This document shows positions 1 through 10,990 of a DNA stretch of 64,000 bases, piece by piece. The stretch spans positions 40,982,001 through 41,046,000 of the forward strand of contig OX597832.1 of the NCBI GenBank assembly GCA_951406725.2, written 5' to 3'. The notes beneath the pieces were generated by a model. It ran no database searches. It saw only the letters and a program-made list of their open reading frames with translations, and had not been told where the DNA came from. Numbering within the stretch: position 1 is the first letter of the stretch; every line of letters starts with the position of its first letter. The position numbers were made by a program, and so were the translations under genes. The stretch is from Octopus vulgaris (Eukaryota).

Positions 1-425
1 ACCCTAGGATGGTCAGAGTTTCATGACTAAATCTGTTTTATATTTCCTGACCGGATACCAAAATGTTACACTATCACTTTCATAATAATCTTCCAAAGCT
101 TTACAGACAGAGAGGGGTTGGGGGGAGGAGGAGGAGGACATTGACAATGACAACAGCAATGACAATGATGACAACAACAAGGAAGAGGAAAAGATTGGTG
201 GCTATGGTGGTGGTGATGGCAGTAGTGGTAGTCAATGATGATGATGATGATGATGATGACATAAGACTTTTAATGTTTTTTCTTTATTGTCCCATTGCTA
301 ATACGACACACACAAAAACATGTTTACTGTTTGCAGTTGTTATTGTTGTTGTTGCTGCTGCTGTGGTTCCTGTTGTTGCTGTTATTGCTGTTGTTGTGAC
401 TATCGTTGTAGTTTCAATTTTTTTT

Positions 426-528
426 AAATAGGACAAAATTTATCATGTTTACTCTCAACCGAAGCAAGGCCCTATAACCTCACCACCTCCTTCGGTTGAC
501 AGTAAACATGATAAATTTTGTCCTATTT
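426..528. repeat. Isolated 39-bp inverted repeat (hairpin)
   Basis: aaataggacaaaatttatcatgtttactctcaaccgaag (426-464) vs cttcggttgacagtaaacatgataaattttgtcctattt (490-528); one mismatch, 25-nt loop. Confidence 0.85.
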
Positions 529-1839
529 TAAAAAGATTATTCAACTGTTTTACAGAGTACTATACGGTATATATGTATACACACACACATGCACGCCTAC
601 AGCTCCCCATCAAACATCATACATCCAAAATTAAGTGTCACTGTTCTATCTGATTTGTTTGCTTGATTGCTTGCTTGTGTTCACTCTGACAGTGAAGAAA
701 TTATGGAAGCCAGGTCTATTTTCTTATCAATGATCACCGAGCAAAACAGTAAATGGTTTTATTAGTCTCTTTGCTGTTTATTGTTACTCTCCCCCCCACA
801 TTATGCATTTTATATTGAGTACATAGCTCAGTTCAATCCATTAAGCCATGTTGGATGAACCACAGGTTACATGGGAAACAAAATCCATTATATGGAAACC
901 GAAATGCAGTAGAAAATATTTCCTACACACATTGGTACGTAGTAACATAATTATCTCCAGATATTGGTAGCTACCGATAACAGTGTTAGAAATAGATTGA
1001 AAACATGACCACATGTTGAGAAATATATTCGTGCAAAGTTAGTTTCTGATATCAGCAGATAGAGTTAATAGTTGATACATTAAACTGCTGATATATACTT
1101 AAATATATTCGCTGATACATAAGTACACAGCAACACAATTACTTTTTGATACTGGAAGCTATAATAATTAACAAGGAAAAAAATACAGTCAAGTGCCAGA
1201 CAGTGAGATTGAACCCATAACCACATGGTTGCAAAGTGAGCTTCTTAACCACACCACAAAGCCATACCTGTGTGCATATACAGATATAATATTTAGAATA
1301 CCTAGTGCTAAGAAAATAAAAACATTGGTTATATATGTAGTTAATAGTACAAAATACATCTAAGTCCAGACTGCATACAAATACTGATAACATATATATA
1401 AAAAAATTTTCTTTTTTTTTGTGTGTTTTGAAAGGTTAACCATTTTTTGATATTGGGTCATGTCTGTGTTCTGATTCTGTAATGATATATCAGTTAAGTA
1501 AACATCAGACATCATAACCCTTGACTGTGTTTTTCTCTGTGTTTCATTCAAAATACTTCTACGATAATGAAGATCGTTTCTGCTTTCGTTCTTTACTTTT
1601 CAGATATTGCTATTAACAAATATTTGTATTTGTATAATTTGTCCTCTTATTTTCAATACACCCTCCTCTGATATTGATATATCTATCTATCAAGTGGCAG
1701 TTGAAGGAATATGTTCATTGACCTATAATACCTGAATATTTTCCATTTAATTTTTTTCAGTCATTGAGAACTGATGAGATGCAAAATATCCTCATGTTGT
1801 TGTTGATGTTGCTGCTGCTGTTATTGTTGATGATGATGT

Positions 1840-1871
<32 letters not shown>

Positions 1872-2672
1872 TTGTTGTTGTTGTTGTTGTTGTTAAAAGC
1901 TGGTAGAATTGTTAACATGTCAGACAAAATGTTTAGCAGCATTTCACCCAACTTCCAGCTTTATGTTCTGAGTTGAAATTCTGCCAAGATCAACTTTGCC
2001 TTTCGTCCTTCCCAGGGTTGATGAAATAAGTACCAGTCAAATACTGGGGGCCAATATAACTGACTATTCCCCATTCCCCTAAAGATTTCAAGCCTTGTGC
2101 CTATAGTATAAAGACTGTTTTGCTGTTATTAAGACAGCAAGCTTAGCAGAATCACTAGCATGCCGGACAAATTGCTTAGCAGCGTTTCTTCCATCCTTTC
2201 AGACTTCATGATATAAATGCCAGTTAACCATTTGCACTTACTGGATTAGTGGGAGGGGTCCTTAGATGTAGTGGATAGATTCTGTTACCTAGGCAACCAA
2301 GTTACCACATGTCAGTAATACTGAAGCTCTGACCTCTCATATTTTCAGCAATACATAATTGATAATAAGAATATCTGCTTGATTGACTAACATAAAATCA
2401 GTACTAAAATATATTCCAAACTTTGGACCACAGGTGGGCTGTGTCCTCTCTCTGCTCCTCAGATCTGGCTAGTCTGGTTCCACTTTCATTTAAGCACATC
2501 TGGCTGGTCTAGTTTCACTTTCATTTAGGCACTTCCCTCTCCTTTTCTTCCTCTTCTCAGATTTGGTTTTCAACAAACTTCTCTAGTGCATTCACCCTTT
2601 TTTTGCTAATTGTATGTTCATTCCATTATACTTAAATCAATTAATTGTCTTTTTTTTTTTCGAATTAAACAG

Positions 2673-2832
2673 ATATGTCAGGGACAGATATACAAGTTTA
2701 GCGCCGGTTCAGTATGAATTAAATGTGAGAAGTGAACGACCTGGGAAAACTTCCATTGGAAAGGAACTGAATGCCAACCAATTACTGCGATATGTGAAAT
2801 CTAAAACGAATTCTGAGAATTCTACAAACAAG
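2673..2832 (+). CDS. Penultimate coding exon of an unidentified gene whose upstream exons were not located (probably outside the window)
   Basis: Poly-T tract and AG acceptor at 2671-2672; open frame YVRDRYTSLAPVQYELNVRSERPGKTSIGKELNANQLLRYVKSKTNSENSTNK; AAG|GTAAGT donor at 2833, phase 0, compatible with the next exon. Confidence 0.75.
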
Positions 2833-3170
2833 GTAAGTGACAAACTGAAAGTAATTGAAAAATACTTTTATTTCAGAGACAATGAGACATTATGACAATA
2901 AGGCTAAAGGTACTGGAACTATAATATCATGGCTGTGAGTATTTTTGGGGTTTTTTTTTTATTTGTTTCAGTCATTTGACTGCGGCCATGCTGGAGCACC
3001 GCCTATAGTCGAGCAAATCGACCCCGGGACTTATTCTTTGTAAGCCCAGTACTTATTCTATCGGTCTCTTTTGCCGAACCGCTAAGTGACCGGGACATAA
3101 ACACACCAGCATCGAATGTCAAGCAATGCTAGGAGACAAACACAGACACACAAACATATATATATATATA

Positions 3171-3662
3171 TATACATTCAACAATATAAGGAATGGCCAT
3201 ATAGGACATTCGACTCACTAGAAAGAGCAGCCAAAACTCATACCGCTAAATAGTTGTAATTCTGCAATAGAAAGAGAAATAAAAACGTTTACCCCTTTCA
3301 TCTCTGGACTATGCATAGTTTCGGCAAAACTTTGGCAAATGAATTAATTAAATTAAATTAAATTCATTTACATCGTCAGCAGAGAGCCTAGGACGAGTAT
3401 ATGTCCACGAGGCTATGGTAAAAAGCCTCCAGTCACATATGCCCTAAATTTTCAAATCTTACCGCAATCGCGCGCTATACTCAGCAGCAAATATAAACTG
3501 CTGATTTAATTTCTAGTGAGTCGAATGTCCTATATGGCCATTCCTTATATTGTTGAATGTATATTATATAGTCTTTGACTATTTTTTCTTTCTCACTTGA
3601 CCGCTGGTAGTGGAAAATTCTTTCTAGAATTTTTTGCTTCCCTTATATTTATTAATTATTAA
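3171..3662. mobile_element. Fold-back, HHR-bearing element (Penelope-like, non-autonomous) inserted in the (TA)n tract of a SINE
   Basis: ~54-bp perfect inverted repeat (3171-3224 vs 3510-3563), asymmetric ~100-bp extension on the right, internal HHR, flanked by TA runs that split the SINE at 2960-3847. Confidence 0.65.
3301..3385 (-). ncRNA. Type I hammerhead ribozyme motif, canonical CUGACGA core
   Basis: Minus strand: UCUCUG (stem I) CUGACGA, long AU-rich stem II, GAAAC-UAUGCAUA-GUC then CAGAGA (stem I partner). Stem III ACUAUGCAUAGU is palindromic. Confidence 0.75.
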
Positions 3663-4009
3663 TATATATATATACATATATACGACAGGCTTCTTTCAGT
3701 TTCCGTCTACCAAATCCACCCACAAGGCTTTGGTCGGCCCGGGACTATAGCAGAAGACACTTGCCCAAGATGCCACGCAGTGGGACTGAACCCGGAACCA
3801 TGTGGTTGGTAAGCAAGCTACTTACCACACAGCCACTCCTGCGCCTATATCTATTATGAAATACTTTATTCAATACTTATTATGAAATACTTTACAAGTT
3901 ACTAGAAATGGCAGCCAAATCTAACTTAAAATTACATCTTAATGTCTTATTTGCCATCATTCCATGTTATTTGTATGTAAGCTATCTTCTTTTTTTTTTT
4001 ATCAACTCA

Positions 4010-4103
4010 ATCACTCTTCACTGCCTGTGCATATTCTATGTGTTTTTTGTCTGATGAGTTGTAGTGTGCCAGAACACTGTATACAATAAGTTCATTATTA
4101 TAT
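4010..4103 (+). mobile_element. Short CR1-type LINE 3' tail fragment
   Basis: gatgagttgtagtgtgccagaacactgtatacaataagttcattatta matches the tails at 60280-60340 and 34014-34070. Confidence 0.55.
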
Positions 4104-4278
4104 TCCTAGCAGGGCCCATGAATATTTCACGGAATTAATGGTAACCTTCTTAGGTTTACTTCTGAAAACTTTAGCCAAAAACCCAAAAGCATAGCTTGTG
4201 TTGTGTCTGTATCAAAAGATAGTCACTCATCTGTTAATCATTGAAATATATAATTTCTTTCTTTCTTTCATTTCACAG

Positions 4279-4407
4279 GAAATTAGATTTTATTTGGGTG
4301 ATCACGATTTTAAGAAGCCAGAAAACGGTCACAGAAATGGCATCGGCTATACTGGAGATTCTATAGAAGATATTTCGGATAATATTGAATCAATGTCAAG
4401 ATTGTAG
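4279..4407 (+). CDS. Terminal coding exon of the same unidentified gene
   Basis: Acceptor ttctttctttcatttcacAG (4277-4278), phase 0; EIRFYLGDHDFKKPENGHRNGIGYTGDSIEDISDNIESMSRL then TAG at 4405-4407. No family recognised from this C-terminal fragment. Confidence 0.75.
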   Translation, partial: EIRFYLGDHDFKKPENGHRNGIGYTGDSIEDISDNIESMSRL

Positions 4408-4591
4408 CAGAAACACCGTTTTATTTTAGATGTCAATACTCTAATATCACATGATCTTCTGCTGGATCATGGCAGACTTGTACAGAAAAGTAGATTTTTT
4501 GGTTGAGAGGGAAATAGAATCTGCCCCCAATTTGTTCAGTCAATTCTCTCATTTTTTTCTAATATTCAGAAGAAATAATATTGTTTTAAAA

Positions 4592-4939
4592 TATTACAGA
4601 GATGTACTTGCATAGCAAGTGACCTGATCTGAGATTGTGTGCTGGAACGAAAACAATTGCAGCGTGGAAGGTGTTTGTAAGCCATTTAAGAAACACACAA
4701 AAACTGTTAGATTCACTTCAACATTTAAATTTAATTTGTCAAAATATTTTGTCGCTTTGAGACCATGACCTGTTCACTGACAAAACTCTATGCAGCACGC
4801 AATTTTGTCAGTGAACAGGTCGTGGTCTCAAAGCGACGAAAATATTTTGACAAATTAAACTTAAATGTTGAAGTGAATCTAACGGTTTTTGTGTGTTTCT
4901 TAAATGGCTTATAAACACTTTCCACGCTGCAATTGTTTT
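4592..4939. mobile_element. Fold-back HHR-bearing element, copy 1
   Basis: Arms 4650-4785 and 4803-4939 with a 17-nt loop; direct repeat attgttttaaaa at 4580-4591 and 4932-4943; homologous to 19426-19620. Confidence 0.75.
4804..4854 (+). ncRNA. Type I minimal hammerhead motif with G3-C8 covariant core
   Basis: UUUGUCA (stem I) GUGAACA g GUCG-loop-CGAC GAA AAUAUU U UGACAAA: all three helices pair, C3-G8 is swapped to G3-C8, and stem III is palindromic. Confidence 0.7.
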
Positions 4940-5755
4940 AAAACAGAATAACCAAAACAAACTCATTTTCGCTATTACTGATTCCATCTTTCAGGATTCT
5001 TCAAAAATGATTACTTGAAAGTTGGATTTATTGATTTTCTTATTTATCCGATACTTTAGAAATGGTCAAATTAAAATTATCAAAACTGTCGATATCCAAC
5101 CTCATTTGCTCAACCGTATAATGTCTGTGGTTAGAAAGTCCCAGTTGCTATTGGCATTTGTGGATATACACAGACTGGGCAGACATGGACTTTAGATACT
5201 GACTGAGTAGGCATAGTATATATGTTGGCTGGTTAGACACAGTGTGTAGATGTTAATTTGATTGATACAGTGTAGTTGCTGAGTAGATAGAAAGTGTAGT
5301 TTCCCCTCTCTCTGTCTTTATATATGTATATATGTGTGTGTGTGCATGTGTGCGTGTGTGTCACAGTCTTCAGGGTTAACAGCTTATATATGACTGTAGA
5401 TATCGACTAGATAGACGATGCAGAGTTTGGATACAGAATAGATGTGTATAGATATATCTGTAAATGTTGGCTGCATAGAGAGCGCGTAACCGTTGAACAG
5501 ACTGAGAAACTGTGATAGTTGGCTGGGGAGGAGTCTTATAGATATTGTCTAGATAACGGGTGGCAGTATATGCAGACAAGAAAAACACATAACCGTTACA
5601 CTTCAAGAGTTTGTGAGACATAACTGTGATCCTTCATAACTTGACTTCTTCTCCTGGACATCATTCCGCCGATCCCAGAAAGGATGATTTCAAATTCCAA
5701 TCTTTACTGGAAACCATGAAGTACCAAATCTCATGTTCCCAGACAACCTTTTAAT

Positions 5756-5830
5756 AATAAAAGTCTCACCAAAAACTCAGTAAATAATGAATGTTTCAAT
5801 TTTATATTTTTATATTTTCTGTAAAATAAA
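5756..5830 (+). promoter_or_regulatory. Candidate polyadenylation signals of the + strand gene
   Basis: AATAAA at 5756-5761 and 5825-5830, the first canonical hexamers I found after the stop at 4407, with T-rich sequence after the first. Confidence 0.45.
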
Positions 5831-6344
5831 TTCTAAAAATGTAGAACAATGGTGGTGGCATAGCAGAAACACTAAAGTGATGGGCTCGAGATGTTTAGTA
5901 TTTTCCCTTTGATGTTTTGAGTTCAATTCTCATTAGGGCTGACTTTGCCTTTTGTATGAATGCATTGCAGTTATATATAACATATGACATAGAGACATGT
6001 GGCCTTTGAATCGGTGCAGTCATTCCTTGGTGCACGTAATGCTTCCCCACAAATGTATGGCTTTTTTTGTACCAGAGTCGGAAATCAATATATCACAGAA
6101 AATTTAATCATTACGAATGCAGCCTGGATTAAAACTGAAAACTATGACTGCCACTGTAGACTACTACGCAGAGAATCATTCAGACAAAAGATTAACCAAA
6201 CTAACCAGAAACAATTGAAAAAAAAATCTAAAATCAGTTTGAATCTGGACCATTTGGTGAAATTAAAACAATAAAGATTTTTTTTTTATAAAAAGATAAT
6301 TAAACATAAATTTAATAAAATTTCTACATTGTGTTGTTGTTTTT

Positions 6345-6480
6345 GGAGGGAACCTGTGGAAGGGATAGACTCAGGAAGATGTGGGACAAAGTACACCTCA
6401 CTGAGGAAATGACAAGGGGCCAGGAGTTGTGGCAATTTGCTGTACTTGAGAAAATGCAACAAGCTAAGTAAAATCATGGT
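6345..6480 (+). mobile_element. RTE-clade LINE 3' remnant
   Basis: EGTCGRDRLRKMWDKV..LTEEMTRGQELWQFAVLEK resembles the RGRPRKTW...DR..WR C-terminal motif; homologue on - at about 51780-51912. Confidence 0.55.
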
Positions 6481-7114
6481 CATCCGTACCAGTTATGCAC
6501 TGGGGTCGATGTAATTGACTTAATCCGTTTGTCTGTCCTCGTTTGTCCCCTTGTGGGTAATAAAGAAACAGGTATTATCTCCTTATATGACTCTAATACA
6601 TATATGGTACAGTCACCTGTACATTGTAATATCACAGTCTATAATACTAGCACCTATATGGTACTATTAGTAAATCTGACATTATCACCATATTTGGTAT
6701 TCTTAATATCACCACCGGTGGCACGTAAAAAGCACCCACTAAACTCACGGAGTGGTTGGTGTTAGGAAGGGCATCCAGCTGTAGAAACACTGCCAGATCA
6801 GACTGGGCCTGGTGCAGCCTCCTGGCTTCCCAGACCCCAGTCGAACTGTCCAACCCATGCTAGCATGGAAAGTGGACGTTAAACGATGATGATGATTGGT
6901 ATTCCAACTATCGACCATTTTTTGTACTTCATATCTTGTTCTCTTCAACAAATATGGAGAAATCCTGTTTGCATTATCTGTTACTTTCAATATAAACCAT
7001 ATTTGGTACTCGCAGTATAAACTATGTTTGGGAGTGTCTTAATATAGTAGCATTGCCATTTATGGTACAAACCTTTATAACATCCTCTAAGCAATATCTG
7101 TCCTTGTCTGCAGT

Positions 7115-8331
7115 TTAATCTGAAGTTGTGGATACAAACAGTGCAGTGGATGGAATCTCTTCAAATCCTCCTGCACCCGTCAAGTGATTCTGTACATGTT
7201 TCTTAAGTTCTTCGTACTTGCTAAAGCGATGATAGCAAAGAGCACATGCAAACGGACGTTCAGCGAAATCATCAAAGTCGGAGACTAGTTTAACATATCT
7301 TCCCCTCTGGGGAGGCTGTACAAGAGATGCAGATAATGAGTCATTGGTTGAGGAACCTTCAGATGAAATGAGGGCACACTGAATTTCTTTGTCACAGCAC
7401 TCTACCAAATTCTGACAACCGTGATCAAGGGCTGCAGTCTGTTTTGGTTCAATATTTACATCAGAGTCTGTCGATTTTCTTTCATCAGCCTCTAAAGTGA
7501 TAACCCCAAGTTCAATTCTTTCCTTCCCTCTAATGTTTTCAGTTCCGATGCCCCCTTGATTATCATTATTATTGTTGTTGTTGTTGCTGTTGTTATTATT
7601 ACTATTGTTGTTGTTGTTATTATTATTTCCATCATCAATATCGCTGTCGTTATTGTCATCGTCAATCTCAATATAATTAAGTTCTCCAGGACTTTGGCTC
7701 TCTTCACTTTGGAAGTTGCTAGCTGAGTTGATAAAACCCGAAGTATTTCCAGATACGTCGCTAATTGTCAGTAAGTTGTCTGTAAGGATAGTGGCAGCAC
7801 CAGGCAATGACGAGTGCTCGTTAGTGCCAGTATCAGCTGATAAATTACTGCTGCCGTTGCCATACTGCTGCAACATATTTTCTTCAAACTGCACTTGCTG
7901 CAACATGGAAGAGGTGCCCATTGTGTAGTGGTACATGGTCCCTTCATGACTGCTGATATGTTTGAGGAAATCCTCCTTAGTGGCAAATTTAGTCGGGCAG
8001 TAGGGACACAGGAAACTTTCAGGCCTATCATCTTTGCAGACAACAGGTTCAGATTCTAGCACAGGGTAGACATTATATACTTCAGGTCTCTCCTCTTGGC
8101 AGATAATGGGTGCAGTTGGGTAGGGAGTATATATTTCAGGTTTGCACTGAGTAAGATTGATAACATCAGTAGAACTGAATGAGGAGTTAGTCTGAGAAAC
8201 AGCCTTTGGTTCATTAAGTTTCCTCTGTATGTTGAAGTTGTGCAGGTAACTATGCTGAGCGGGGTCTTTATCTTGAATATTGTCTGACACAGGTGCACCA
8301 TGTTGAAGTTTCTTGTGATGAGATAAGTTAC
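7115..8331 (-). CDS. C2H2 zinc-finger protein, last coding exon (end of finger 11, fingers 12-13, Asn-rich tract)
   Basis: Acceptor tttttcttAG at 8333-8332. Splicing restores FKCDLCHMPFICQG-NLSHHKKLQH. Further fingers FLCPYCPTKFATKEDFLKHISSH and FACALCYHRFSKYEELKKHVQNH; stop TAA at 7117-7115. Spliced CDS 2757 nt = 918 aa. Confidence 0.92.
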
Positions 8332-8719
8332 CTAAGAAAAAAATACAATTTTGATAAAGAATCATTATTAGAATCATCATTATTTCAAAAAGATTATAGT
8401 ACACCAATATGTGTGTATATGTATGCATGTGTGTGTGTGTGTATAAAAGAGAGAGAGAGAGGGGTGAAATGAGGTACCAAGACCCCTGTATGGAAGTTCA
8501 GTGTTCTATAATGCTAATGATTCTGCTAGCTCACTACCCTGGAACACATGAAATAATGATAAAAAGGAAAGACTGCATAGTGAAGGAAGGAAAGACTTTG
8601 ATCATAGGGCTGTTAACCTGGGAGTTGACCCTTTAGTATTTAACCAAAACCCGACAAATAACGTGAGTTCATGGCTGTTTCCTGCACCAGCTTCACATAA
8701 CCAACCCCAGCCCATCCAA

Positions 8720-9175
8720 TGTACTTTGGATCGCAGGACAGCCTGCAGTGCTTACCTTGGATTGTAGGGTGACCTGCTGTGCTTGAGGAGACCTGTTGAG
8801 TCAAGTACATCACCATCAACATCATAAAATCAAATGGAAATTGTAGTTGTGATACCTGTGCTGGAGGTGCGTAAAAAGCACCATCCGAATGTGGTCGATG
8901 CCAGCACCGCCTTGACTGGCTTCTGTGCCAGTGGCACGTAAAAATCAGCAACCAATCGTGACCATTGCCAGCCTCCCCTGGCCCCTGTGCTGGTGGCACG
9001 TAAAAAGCACCCACTACACTCACGGAGTGGTTGGCATTAGGAAGGGCATCCAGCTGTAGAAACGCTGCCTGATTAGACTGGAGCCTGGTGTAGCCTCCTG
9101 GCTTCCCAGACCTCGGTCACCATCCAACCCATGCTAGCATGGAAAGCGGACGTTAAACGATGATGATGATGATGA
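8720..9175 (+). repeat. Family C repeat with internal tandem subunits and (GAT)n tail (RTE-associated)
   Basis: Repeated gtggcacgtaaaaagcacc units ending ccatgctagcatggaaagcggacgttaaacgatgatgat; copies at about 6713-6895, 28905-29220 (-), 33270-33525, 34725-34915, 45338-45472 (-), 47312-47590 (-) and 63060-63420 (-). Confidence 0.8.
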
Positions 9176-9450
9176 TATCCAGCCCAAATATTCTCTCTGT
9201 TTTATATTCAAACTGGGCAGATCCTGCCTCTCACGCCTATCCTACAATTTCATTTTGAAAACATAGAATCACATCATCGAAGTCTCAATGCTACAAGATG
9301 AATAAATAAACAGATAAAGAAACATTACATTTGACAGAGTAATGTGGACACTAAGGGGTCAAATGACAACAACACAGCATCAGAAAGCAAGACAACTCAA
9401 AAAGAAACAACAGGGACTATGCTCAGAATAATACTCCGAAATAGGTTTAC

Positions 9451-10990
9451 CTTGACATATGAAAGGCATGTGACAAAGATCACACTTGAAAAGAGCAATT
9501 GCATGCTTCAACACATGTCTCTGAAGAGTGATTTTATAACTGGAAGCGTATTGGCAGTGTGGACATTGGTAACGCTGTTCTTTGTTAAACGTAGAAGTAC
9601 TTTCAGCTGTTGAATGATTCCGTTGCTTGTGTAAAATTAAATTTCCTTCCCGCATAAACGGCATCTGGCACTCATCACACCGATATTTGGCAACGCTGTG
9701 CCTTAGAACATGGCGGTTGAACGTTGATTTGTGGTCAGTTTCATAAGAACACATATCACATTGGTATTTACAGGATCTGCCCTTCTGCTTCTCAATATTT
9801 TGAGGCTGGCATTCATGTTGTAGTTTGTGTTGCATGAGATTTTGGACATTCCGAAATGAAAGGTTACACGTAGAACAAGAGTAAAGGGTCACATGATGTT
9901 TTCTAAGATGATTATCCAACAGAAACTGGTTGGATGTCTTGAAAACACATTGAGAACATTGCAAAGTATCTTGTTGACCTTCACAATATTCTTGCCTGTT
10001 GGCATCGGTACTGCTACTAGAATCGGTTAAAGTATTCCCAAGATTCAGTTGCTCTCCTGTACTCAATGAAAACTGTGTTTCAATATGAAATTGAAGAATA
10101 TGAAAATCAAGTATTGATTGGTCTTCAAATATTTTTGAACAAAATGTACATTTAAATTTCTCAGTTTCCAGTTTTATCTGAGATCTGCCGCTGTAATTAC
10201 ACTCTGCTTTATTTTGATCTGAGCCTTTCTTGTCAATATTTTGCAGATACAAATACACGGTATCAGAAGGGCTGCGTGAGCCTTCTCGTGATCTCTTGTT
10301 TTGATTATCAGAATCAGAAAAAGCATCGTGAGCTGTTTTGGATGGTACTTCTATGTTAGAAGTTTTGCTGAGGGCAACCGATCTATTGGCATCTGGATGC
10401 CAGGTCTTCAAATGAAGTTCCAAAGTTTCAAAATTATTGAAAGGAATGTGGCAGATGTAACAGAGATATTTGGCGAGTGGGTGTAATTTCAGGTGCCGGT
10501 TTAAATCAGACTTAGATCTTGTGCCATACGGACACATTGAGCAAGAATATCTGTGTCTCATGCTGGACATCTGCTCTGAATGATGTTTCTGCTTGTGGTA
10601 CATGACAATCCCCATACTCATAAATGGCATCTTGCAGATATCACATGTGAACGAACATTTACTGTGTTTCTTAGAATGCCGGTTTAAATCGGATTTGTAG
10701 TTTGTCTTATACGCACAAATAGGACACTTGTGTCTTTTGGTCTCTTGCAAAGACTTCAAATTGATCATCAAAGATGGCTGTCGGTCTCTCGATGTCTGTT
10801 GATTGAGAATAAAAATATCTTTTGCTAGAGTTTCTGAAATATTTCCTTCATCAGACGAGGGAGTCAGAGCTTGATTTCTGCTACATAAAACACTATTTGA
10901 TGATGGTAGCTCTTCATAACAAAGCTGAGACATGTTATTATCCAACCAAACTCTGTCAACATTTTCATTATTAGGAGAGAGGGCAGCCAT
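9451..10990 (-). CDS. C2H2 zinc-finger protein, first coding exon (10 complete fingers and the first part of finger 11)
   Basis: ATG at 10990; repeated CxxC-x12-Hxxx(x)H motifs such as HKCPICAYKTNYKSDLNRHSKKH and YRCDECQMPFMREGNLILHKQRNH; donor CAAG|gtaaac at 9450, phase 1; exon acceptor cttttcAG at 11209-11208. Confidence 0.93.

Larger units (their letters stand above)
2960..3847 (-). repeat. tRNA-derived SINE family A (head GGCGCAGGAGTGGCTGTGTGG...GGTTCAGTCCC; CORE-like ccttgggcaagt), split by an insertion
   Basis: A/B-box-like head at about 3847-3780, central microsatellite, conserved tail ...gactgaaacaa; many near-identical copies in the window. Confidence 0.85.

Noticed and set aside
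63-431. ORFs rich in poly-V/M/T/H (also 1757-1976, 39212-40103, 52537-52840, 61217-61519)
   Set aside because: Stop-free frames produced by trinucleotide microsatellites; no splice or domain support.
3780-3847. tRNA-like sequences with A/B boxes
   Set aside because: They are SINE heads followed by SINE bodies; I could not form a full cloverleaf.
4051-4100. CTGATGA as a possible hammerhead core (also 1771, 14403, 37217)
   Set aside because: No downstream GAAA or helices; 4051 belongs to a CR1 3' tail.
8860-9010. Regularly spaced gtggcacgtaaaaagcacc units resembling a CRISPR array
   Set aside because: The spacers are homologous to one another, the units belong to dispersed repeat family C, the DNA is eukaryotic and there are no cas genes.
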